NCBI GenBank assembly: GCA_048213135.1
Contig: PS015129.1
Coordinates: 237,090-281,693, forward strand
Reading direction: 5' to 3'
Source of the DNA: Reclinomonas americana ATCC 50394
Lineage: Eukaryota
Length of the DNA: 44,604 nucleotides
The position numbers were made by a program, and so were the translations under genes. Below are positions 34,601 to 44,604 of the stretch, one piece after another. How positions within the stretch are numbered: the first letter of the stretch is position 1; the number at the start of each line of letters is the position of its first letter. Under the pieces are notes generated by a model. That model searched no databases. It worked only from the letters and a program-made list of their open reading frames with translations, and was not told the DNA's origin.

Positions 34601-37600
34601 ACGTACATGGCCGCTGTCAGCTCCGTCGGACCTACGCAAACACAGAGAAGTGAGTGACAATCCAATACGCAAGCTGCGCAAAGAGCTGCTGCATACGCAC
34701 TCGATGCGAGCAGTGCACGCTGCAAGCGATCCAGCGTCGACAACAGGCCCACAGTGATGTTGATGTCGAGTGAGTCGGAAGACGCCAGCAGTGTGACAGT
34801 GCGCTGCGCGCGACCACGAATCAAGCCACTCCCTCCGGCACCAGAGGTCGACATGGGACCTCCAGCGCCCAGTGTGCGGTACGGGTCTGGTACAACACCA
34901 ACTTGCTCCGATGCCAACATGTCGGCAAGAATGGCATCCACGGGCTTGAGCGAAAGCACAGAACCACGGGCGATCTGCGGAAGGGACAGACCGTAATATA
35001 ATGAGAGGTACTAGTGAGGTGGGAAGCAGTCGCATTGTTGGTTGCCCAACCGTCAGAGTGGGAGTCCACGTCTCGATAAACGGTTCCCAGGCCTCGACGC
35101 GAGTATTGAATGTGTACACATCGACTTGCGTGTGCAGCGCCGACGAAGACTGCTCTCTCACGCAAGGCTCTCATCAGCCACTTACTGGGGAGTGAGGGTA
35201 CAACTCTCTCTCTCTCTCTCCTGCGCTCACCGTATCAGACGTGGAAGTGTGCTCCCACAGCACGTTGGTGAGCTGGGCCTCGACCAGTGGCAGAATAGTG
35301 TCGGAAACGTCCACGCGCACAAGCGGGCACGAAAAGCGCACCGCAGTGAGAAGCTGAACGGTGCTGGCAGCGGGTACCACTGGCTCAGCTGGGTTGAGAG
35401 CGGCGGCAGCAGAGCTGTCGGGCCGACCTTCCGACACCACTTGCAACGCAAGTGCCGTGCGAGCAACAATGGCGATGACACGGGCCAGAACCGTCACATC
35501 CTGTGCACACGCGCGGCGTGAGACAAGCACTTCCCTGCGTGTGTGTGTGTGCGAGACTCAACATGATGCGACATGTGCGCCTCGAAATTCTCCGCCTCGA
35601 CATCCGTGTGCATCACTCGGCACTCTTCGATGAGTTCTGCGCAAAACCCCCATGTGGCTTACGGTTGAGCACACGCAACGCTGACGAGCAGCACACCGAC
35701 GAAACTGTTGGAGATTGAAAGTGACACGGACAGCGGTCCAGCCATGGTCTGTTTCGATGCCAATGCTGTGCTCTCCACGGCCAGAGACATGCTACCAAAG
35801 GTGGCATGCAGGTCCATGTCCAGTGGCACCCTGCCACCGTCGGCTGACGACGGCAGCGGGCAGGGTGGTGAGAATGACACGGAGACCGTGGCGTCGCCGG
35901 TGGCGGTGAGCGCGAGCGATGCGCGGTCCGACGGAGTCAGCGGCACGCGGAAAGTTGTCGAAGCCACTGTGATGTTGACAGTGCGGCTGATGGCAGACAC
36001 CGTAGACGGTGGTGGTGGCGGTGGCGGCACACCTTCACCTGGTGGAGGGACCAGCAGTGCACGGCGTTCGTTTGGTTCGTCAGGTGTTGATGACAAGCGC
36101 GATGGCATCGGTGGTGGTGGTGGTGGTGGCGGTGGCGGTTGTTGTGCGTGTGGTACAGATGGCAACAGCGACACGAGAGGTCCGTGATCGACGCCGTCGG
36201 CGAGAGCAGCGCGCAGCGAACCAGCATCATCGTCGAAAGCTACCATGGCCGCCAATGGAAGGTTCTGGTTGTACAGCAAGCGCACATTGCGTAGAACCAG
36301 ATGCTGCACAACACGCGACCATGACTACCATATTTGGAGAAGTTTTCTCTTCCACTTGCAGCAACACTCACCACTCCTGGACCCAGCAAGAGCAGAGGCC
36401 AACTCGTGCCCATGTCGTCGAGAATCAGATCGTGACCGTCGCCATCGAGAATCACTGGTCGGCCGTGCGGTCGCTCGGCTGATGGCAACACACGAAGTCG
36501 CCGCACAGGCGACAGTCGCAGTGTCTGCGCACATGGACACGTTTGTGTGAGAAGCGATTGTCGCAATGCCGACCGTGCTGCCACGTTCATACACGCAAAC
36601 CTCCTGCAGTCGCAAGTCGCCCACCAGCAGGAGAACATCGTCGGACGACTCGTCGACAGCCAGATTGCGTGCATCATGCATGCATGGCAGCGACTCTTCG
36701 GCTCTCGCATGCTCCCTTTCCTTGCTGCTGATCGATGCCGATGACGACGCACTCTCCGGCGCAGCAAGCACAGACGACATGACATCCTGTACAACCAGCA
36801 GCGATGAACATATTTCTCGCGCGGCATCTGCGCCCCCCCGCAGGAACGAAACAAACCGAGAACAGCTCGATGCACGCCGGCAACACCGTGATACGCACGT
36901 CGCTGACAGCAACCGACACCTCCTCACTGTCCACGATGCGCCACATGAACTCGAACTGCGGTCCACCATCACCGTCCACACCGACGGCGCGCTTACGAGC
37001 AACCACACTGGCGAATTCGGCATCCACGTCCACGTCGTCGTAGTGCACGCCAAATTCGTCGGCACGTAAGCGGCAGCGGCGAGCCGCCGGCAGTCGCACG
37101 CCGTCGAGACAGCCATAGTTGATGTGGGAATGAATGCCGCGCACAAACACTGTGCATGAGCGGTTGGCAGACGGAGCTACACGGAAGAGGCAACACACAG
37201 AGGGGCGAATCAGCCAAAACAACAGCTACATCAAGTGACAATGACAAGCTTCTGATTGACGCGCATACCGGCCACTGTCAGCGACACCTCCTCCAACACA
37301 CTCGTCAGTGACAGTGACCACGGCGACATGCTCGATTGCGGCATGGGTGTGCGCTCTGAACCACTTGCATCGGCTGTGGCTCGCTTCGGCGGTGGTCGCG
37401 AACGTAATGTGGGCGTGCTGAACAGGTCGACAGAGTCGTCCGCCGCCGCCGCCGACGCAGCCGCAGACGCACGGTAATGCAGCGCTTGAGCATCGACAAA
37501 TTCCATCACTGACGTGGCGGCAGCATGTGCATGCAGGCTAGCAGGTCGAGGAGACAGCGCTGCGCTCACAGCAAGCAGCTGGTGAAGCACTGAGGCGAGC

Positions 37601-40600
37601 AGCAGGTCCACGATTCGCCTCTCCAAGTGCAACGCAAACGGCGACAGTGATGCATGCACGTCCAGGTGTTGCGCTTGCGAAAGCAGCAATGACCTGAACG
37701 ACGATAGTGTAATGAGCAACACCAACATCTTTCGTCACAAGTGCAGCGACAAAAAGCCTCACCGCGACACGTCCATTGTCAGGTGCACATTCATCACCAC
37801 AGCCACGCGCTCCGACAGTGTCGCCATCGCAGCGTCAACATGCACATTGTTGAGACGTAGTCGCCACATCTCCACCATCGTGCCATCTCCAGCAGCCTTC
37901 AGCATCAGTCAGACGGTGCGGTGTGTGAGCATGGAGCACATCAAGAACACATCAACTGTCGCGAGCTCACCGATAATGCAATGGTGTTTTCGGCAGAAAA
38001 GTCGCCGAGGCGCACATGAATGCTGTCGGTTCCGGCCTCGCACGGCACTTCGATCACCGGCGCGGCCATGGTGACNNNNNNNNNNNNNNNNNNNNNNNNN
38101 NNNNNNNNNNNNNNNNNNNNNNNNNNNNNNNNNNNNNNNNNNNNNNNNNNNNNNNNNNNNNNNNNNNNNNNNNNNNNNNNNNNNNNNNNNNNNNNNNNNN
38201 NNNNNNNNNNNNNNNNNNNNNNNNNNNNNNNNNNNNNNNNNNNNNNNNNNNNNNNNNNAAGTCGCCGAGGCGCACAGTGAATGCTGTCGGTTCCGGCCTC
38301 GCACGGCACTTCGATCACCGGCGCGGCCATGGTGACACGCATGAGCCAGTAGGGTCGCGAGCTGCCGCTGAGAGAGGAAAGCACTGCAGACGATTCGGCC
38401 GCTGTGGTGTCGACCATCACGCTAGGAACTGCACGACTGCGCGACAGCGGCGGCTGCTCCCCCAACGAGCGTGCATCCATCAGCACTCGCATGGTGTGAG
38501 TCCACGCTGCTCCACAGTACGAATGCAAGCGCTCCAATACGCTGGCGACCAGCAGCACGCGAAGGGAGCGAATGCGTGCCACCAGATTGCCTTGTGCAGC
38601 CGGCACACCAGCAAGTGGAACGGGCAGACGGTCGTTGTCGGTGTCGAAATGCAAGACAATAAACGGCTGCGCACGATCGGTATCCTCCCCCGACACGTCC
38701 TCCACACTGAGAAGCGTGCGCAGGCGATTGTCGCCGACTGCCACCACCGATTGCACAACCACACTGCCGAGAGATGCTCTGTGCACCACGCCACGTGCAT
38801 ATAAAGTGAGCGATCTCGACGACGAGTGTACTGTAGAACATGTGAACGCAACTCAAGCTGACGAAGGGAACCATGCTGAAGCGTGGCCTCGGCAGCCATT
38901 GATGACAATGTACACACGGCTAGCTGCACATCCTCCTCCACACAGTGCACTGTGAACTGTGATAGCTCCAATCGAACAGAATGCACCGCGGGCATTAGAA
39001 CAGACGCCGCCGCCGCCTGTTTCTTCGACAAACGCAGTGACGGCTCTGCTGATCACACACACACGCAACAGCATCAGTAGCCGACGCACGGAGTGACTCG
39101 ACAGCGTGTCGTGCCACACACCTCGTTTAGATGCTGCTGCATCGGCAGCGGCCACATGCCGCTGGTACAGCATGCCATGTCGCGCACAGTGCAGCAGACG
39201 GCGCGTGATTTCCAGATTGGTCGGTGGATGCAAGCGTGTGGTCACGCCCGACACTCGTACGTGCAATGTGCTTGCCACAGGACCCTGGCGTGTGACATAA
39301 AGCGATGAGCGACGAAGGAAGAAGAAGAGAAAGACGTAGGCGATGACCAATGTATACACACCGACGTATGTGTCACGTATTGCACACGAAGTACATGATG
39401 GTCGTCGCCATGTGCCACAGCCTCCACGCTGTGCGACATTTTCTCTGTGTCAAGGTGAGTGAGCAACGACAACGCGACAGCTATTAGTGACCGAAGTGTC
39501 AGAACAAACCGTCGGCACATCGCGCGCGGTGCAAGAGATCAAAGACGTGGGCGGACTGCACGTCGAGCCGAGCGGAAAACGTGCGGCTGGTTCCGCTCAC
39601 ATCAAGGGACAAGTTATCTGCCGATCCCACAACCAGCTGTCGTGTCTCCGATTCTACACCAGGTGCTCGTGAGAACCACACAACATCAGTAGTATCCTCG
39701 CACGAAAGATCACCTTGAACGAGCACGACAATGGTTCCGCAGGAGAACTTGGTCTGATAGCGGACCTGAGCGAGAGAGAGATATACACACACACTGTCAG
39801 CAGCAGACGGAGCATGCTCACATGGCTGGTGCACGCTACCTGCTCAACGAGTGATCGTGATGAAGTCGACAGTGACGAAGAAGAAGAAGGCGTCGCCCCA
39901 CCAGACGCATCCACAGCAGCAGCAGCCGCCGACGATGTGCGGGTCTCCGTGGCCATCAGGAAGCTGTGCAGGTGGACAACGAGTGAGAGACAATCCAACA
40001 TGCGCACACGCGCGCGCGCGTTCATCATGCGCAACTCGATGCTGGTCTCGGTGTCGTCGACAGCAGAGGGTGAGCGCCCGAGTTGCGACCACAACTCCAG
40101 TGGAGCCGCAGCGCATGACAGCGCAGACAGCCAACGCTGTCGCTCATCAGCGTTGGCAGTGCAAAGTCGCAACGCGCGCGACTCAACACCGAGTGCCGAC
40201 GATGGCCAGGTGATGCACAGAATCCAATCGTCACCGGAGGACTCCTCAGCAACGCATTGCACCGACGGATCCAAAGTGAAGCACTCCTCAGCGTTGCGGG
40301 CGTGACTGCGCGCAATAAATCAAAGCGTGATGAGAGGAGAGAAGCGGATGATGACATGAAGCATTGCCGTTGCGCAACGGTCCGGTGTAAATTGACAGCA
40401 CATTCCGTCGCAGTGCACAGTAGCGGCGATGCCATATTTGCAGCAAGGGCTGATATACGTCCACCACCCCGGCGTGCGATACCTCGTCGAAAGTCGATAA
40501 ATCACCTGCGCACACTCCTCATGTAAATGGCTGCGACTTCTACCAACTGTCGCGACAGACNNNNNNNNNNNNNNNNNNNNAGGACCTGGCGTTCGGTGCA

Positions 40601-41232
40601 GTCGACGACGACGACGACACCGTCGTGCCACCACTCGCTGCCATCGCCGCCGCCTGCTCCAACTGCGCGTCCAATCGCTTCTCAAATGAAGCCAGTTGTC
40701 GCTGCTTGGATTGCATGCGAAGGCGACTCTCGCGCTGCACGACACAGTGTGCGTGGGAGGGTGGCTCGGTCGGCAGGTGATGGACAACAACAAGCACTGA
40801 CCTCCTCAAATGTCAGAGGTCGCACGACCACGTACACGCCGTCGATGTGCACCTCCACCGGCTGCGAGTTGAGCGACAGCAGACTGAAGTTGGCGTTCAC
40901 AGAAGAGATGTGGCCTGCGGAGGGAGAGTGAGGACGAGATAGTTGTCATCGATCATTTGCTTGTGTCGTCGCTCGCTCACCAAACACCAACATCAGAGGC
41001 CAGTCGCACAGTCGCTGGAGCGCATCGGAACGGAGTCGCAGATTGTTGAGGCGAATGTTGCCTTTGAGAGGGCGGAGGATGAGTTGTTGTGAGAGACGGA
41101 GAGGGGGAGATGGAGAGCAACGAAACCCGAGAGCACACTGACGCCGAGCTGATCGCCTCCGATGATGCCACCATTCTCCACGTATTCCCCGAGCCAGCGG
41201 TTCAGCAGGCGGGCCACTGTGCCCTCCAGCAT
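28615..41232 (-). CDS. VPS13: VPS13-family bridge-like lipid transfer protein
   Basis: Chorein-N: MLEGTVARLLNRWLGEYVEN...NIRLNNLRLRSDAL...QPVEVHIDGVYVVVRP. Further motifs: FNTRVEAWEPFIETW; VAB-type repeats (LKSPIEVYNAT, SPLMVLVNAMP, LYVSHWIV, LLIENDTS); IQIDNMLYD; FYKIIGSLDILANPI; VVKPVAGAIDFVSKTTEG. Many introns and three gaps. Confidence 0.95.
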
Positions 41233-41572
41233 CCGATGGAGAAGTTAGAGTCCTGTGTGACCTTCCGAAGTTGGAGAATACTGCTGAGGAGGCTCACAGG
41301 TGCTACTGCTGTGCAGTCAAGGATGTTCTACACTCGTCTCTTCCCTCTGCACGATCAACAGCGAATGCTACATACAGGACGATCGAAGTCGGTGACAGCG
41401 CCAAGCCCATCATGCCAAATACGCGTCTTTCGAATTCAGCATCAGCATAACAAGCGTTTCACTGAATTACATCAACACACTCACAGCGACACGAGACAGC
41501 TGGAGAAGGAACAGAAAAAAACAATTGTGATATCGAAAACCGAAAACTGGTGTGGACACATCCATGGCCACT

Positions 41573-42798
41573 TTACCCCAGCGGGTCAAACACGGCGGTC
41601 GTGCCCGAAATGATGCGCGGGATACCGTAGTTGCCAGTGGCAAGGCGATGACCCGATCCAGGCGCATGCCACCAAGCGCGATTGCGCGGCAGCCACTGGT
41701 ACAGAGCCTGGTCGGTGCCGATGGCCCACACAATGTCGTCGTTTCCGACTGCAATGTCATTGCACGAGCCCGACAGCTCCTGCCACGGCTCGCCGAAGCC
41801 CAGTGCCGACCACACGCCCGTGTCAGTGGCACAGAACCACACTTGACCCTTGCGGCCGACGGAAACACGCTTGGCATTCTTGCTGGAGAGCAGCCACTGC
41901 TTGTCGGTGCGCGACATGAACATCAGGTTGCCGTTCTGGCGCACCATCCACAACGAGTTGTCACCACCGACAGCAATGTGCTGGGCGTCGCTGGCAAACT
42001 CTTTCTTCATTGAGCGCCACAGCTCAGCAGCGTTGCCGGTGCCTGGGCGCGAGAAGCAGTGAGCAAGTGTGGCGCAAGAAGCAGCAAGACGACAGCGTGT
42101 GCTCACCCTTGCCGCAGCCGGGCTCCACGCTGCGCGAGATGGTGCCGTCCACGTTCGTGGTCCAGATCATGCCGTCGGGGCCGACAGCAATGGAAGCGGC
42201 CGAACCGTGAGGAATGCCTCGCCACGCCGTGTTGAACTCCTCCCACACGTACACGTTGCGGTCGGTGCCGATGGTGTACAGAGAGTTTTGTGCGCCACCA
42301 ATCGCAATGTCCAGTGCCGTGCCCGGCAGCTGGCGCCACTTGATGTCGGGGCCGACGCCAAATCGACGCATGATGGCGCACTCGTCGGCGTCGAGGGCGC
42401 TGCCGGAGTGGACCGCAGACTGACTGCGCATGGGGTGGAAGGAGGAGTGAGAGATCCCCACACAGAGTCAAAATAAAATCGACGCAGCGCCAAAACGCAA
42501 CGCAAAAGTGCTGGCCTCTGACAGCACGGTGTCGTAGCTGATCGCTTCAGCGGCACACATGTGTGCATCCTGCTCACTCGAGACGAATGTCGTCTGCGCA
42601 GTGACTGTAGCGATGTATGTGTATGTGTGTGTGTGTGTGCGTGTGCGTGCGTGAGAAAGCGGGAGGATGAAAAGCGACTACAGAAACGCACTCGTACTCA
42701 CCAAAGGCGCGGCAGACCGGCGGCAGCTGCGAATCGCCACACACCGCAAGCAGGGCGAGTGACAACAAGACGACGGCAAAGAGGGTCACGCGCGACAT
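41573..42798 (-). CDS. Secreted tectonin/tachylectin-1-like beta-propeller lectin
   Basis: Signal peptide MSRVTLFAVVLLSLALLAVCG, four exons in frame, and about six repeats of type W..LPG....IAVG.D..VW (KWRQLPGTALDIAIGG, AWRGIPHGSAASIAVGPDGMIW, PWQELSGSCNDIAVGNDDIVWAIG). Confidence 0.85.
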
Positions 42799-42891
42799 GG
42801 TTGTATGCGAATCCTCTTCTCGCTCGAAAGCAGAAACACAAAAAAAAGCGCGCGCGCGAATGAGAATGGATTTTCTAGACAAACGGCCGAC

Positions 42892-42903
42892 TTTGGCGCC
42901 AAA
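42892..42903. promoter_or_regulatory. Palindromic E2F-type site TTTGGCGCCAAA in a bidirectional intergenic region
   Basis: Perfect 12-bp palindrome matching TTTSSCGC on both strands, between divergent ATGs at 42798 and 43103. Confidence 0.45.
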
Positions 42904-43102
42904 CATCGTGTACGTCGACGTCGCGCATGCGTGCTTGCGGCAGAGCAGCAATGGGCATGAGACTGTTAAGCAGTGGGGAGTGGTCGAGGCCAGTGCCCGT
43001 AGTGTCGCATGCAAAGCAGTCGTGATGCGAGTTGTCCCGAACTTCGACTCTCTATCCGTCTGACTCATTGCCGACGCAAACACACACGCAGCAGCATCCG
43101 TC

Positions 43103-43240
43103 ATGGAATATCTGTTCTACACTGTGGCTGCGGTGCTGACCATTGCAATCATCTGGGTCTTTATCAAATTCGCGGCACCCAGCGGCCCGAGTGACCCGAA
43201 AAAGAACACAAACCCAGGTGCGTGTGTGTGCACTGAGGCG

Positions 43241-43272
<32 letters not shown>

Positions 43273-44604
43273 AACAGTTGACAGCGACATGATAATTCAT
43301 TCTTGCGTGCATGCATGCATGCAGAGCGCGGCTGGTCGACTTCGCAAGACAAGTCGAAGAAGAAGGGCAAACAGAGTGCAAGTGCTGAAGAAGCCTCGTC
43401 GTCATCATCGTCCTCTTCCACTGCTGCTGCAGCGGGCGGGAAGAAGGCGCCGGCCGGAAAGGGTACCAAGGCGAGTGTATGTGTGATACAGAGAGAATGA
43501 GCACAATGCTTACCGCCTTGTGTCTCACATTCTTCGGTCACATGACACAGGTCAAGAGGCACGTGCAGGCACCGGACCCAGTGGAGGATGCGCACTTCTA
43601 CGCCTCGCTGCGTGGTGGGCATCAGGATGACATTGTGTATGCGGCGATATCGCCCGGCGGATCGTTGCGTGTGTTGTTGGGGTGTCGCTCTCCTCTCGTG
43701 CTCACGTGCAAGTGGCTGGCAGGTTCGTTGTCACGGTGTCGCGCGATCGCACCGGCCGCTTCTTCCCGATGGACGAGCTGCTGCCGCGAGGCAACTCTAC
43801 TCGGCTGGAGGCGAAGCCAGAGTTGCGTGACGAGAGAAGAGGAGAGCAAAGAAGGGAGAAGTGTGCTCATTCTCTCCCGCTCGCAGGGCCGCCAAGTTCA
43901 CCATGGACGACCGCCCCACGTGCGGTGCGTTGTGCTCTGACGACCGTGTGCTCATCCTCGCCGTGGAGGACAAGCCAGAGATTCAGCTGTGGGGCATTCG
44001 TGAAAATGTGCGTACGTCTTGTCGCCACCTCCCGCATTCTTCTCTCTCACCGCGATGCCGTTCACAGGTGTTTGCCAAGTCGAAGCGCCAGCCTGCGGAG
44101 CTCGTGAAGAAGCTCATTGTTGCGTGGGTGTCTGTCCTCTGTCTGCATGCCACACAGTCCTCTCGAGTCTCAATGATGTGGTGCAGCGACCGTCGGAGTT
44201 CCGTCTCGCCCCGCCGGTGGTGGCAGTGGGTATCTCGGGCGATCGTGCGGTGGCCATGGCAGTGGCGCGTGATGAGGTGGTGACGCTGTGGGATGTGCGC
44301 AGTGGCGACGTGGTGCACTCGTTCACCACCAAATCAGGTACGAGCTGCTGTCAATTCCCACGCAACCACGAGGAAGCGCTCATACTGTCGACGTTGCTGC
44401 AGGCGTGCCTCGCGGTGCCACAATGACACTCGATGGCGCTCTCTTCTCGGTCGTCTGCGCCATGCCGGATCTGCCAGTGTTCCACGTGGTGCGCAAAGCC
44501 AATGCCTTCCACAGCTGCGACCGAGTCATGGTGTTGCCGGGTGATCAGGTTTGTTGTGCTCCACGTCGATGGTGCGATTGTGCACTCCTGCTGCCAGCGC
44601 TCAC
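43103..44604 (+). CDS. TBL2: TBL2-like N-terminally anchored WD40 protein; 3' end outside the window
   Basis: N-terminal TM segment MEYLFYTVAAVLTIAIIWVFIKF, a Lys-rich linker, then HFYASLRGGHQDDIVYAAISPGGSFVVTVSRDRT, DDRPTCGAL and VTLWDVRSGDVVHSF. Confidence 0.72.

Noticed and set aside
37999-38336. 78-bp direct repeat in VPS13 on both sides of a gap
   Set aside because: The copies are identical apart from a 1-bp indel and abut the Ns, which is typical of an unmerged contig overlap.
43471-43476. Possible GC-AG intron (AAG/GCGAGT) in TBL2
   Set aside because: An in-frame canonical GTATGT donor lies 6 nt downstream, so a GC donor is not required.
1-44604. Alternative genetic code, rRNA, tRNA or transposase genes
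   Set aside because: Conserved genes translate in the standard code and end at TAA or TGA. I saw no RNA-gene or transposase signatures by eye; tRNAscan-SE and Infernal would be needed to exclude them.

Overview
Gene-dense, intron-rich eukaryotic (protist-like) genomic scaffold with ten N-gaps. Introns are mostly short (about 50-100 nt) GT-AG introns, often carrying (GT)n, (CA)n or (CT)n microsatellites. The ORF track shows only exon fragments, so I rebuilt the gene models by hand from splice signals and protein motifs; all family calls come from motif recognition, not database searches. Genes in order: a secreted trypsin-like pseudoprotease with a long GGQQ/GGQQQ repeat (-, runs off the left edge); a 7TM-RGS protein (-); a dual-acylated EF-hand protein (+); an XK-like multipass membrane protein (-) with a decayed ~99-bp ankyrin-like array in one intron; a kinase-like remnant; a hypothetical gene; CDC23/APC8 (+); mitochondrial enoyl-CoA hydratase (-); twinfilin (-); a FEX fluoride channel (-); a U-box-like protein (+); VPS13 with an internal PH domain (-); a secreted tectonin lectin (-); and a TBL2-like WD40 gene (+, runs off the right edge). 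The most striking signal is a recurrent atypical 5' splice site, /GTTGCG, at about 11 introns in 8 genes. It equals the locally common G/GTGCG motif shifted by one base, which suggests a common shifted-register U1 recognition mode. I cannot identify the organism.
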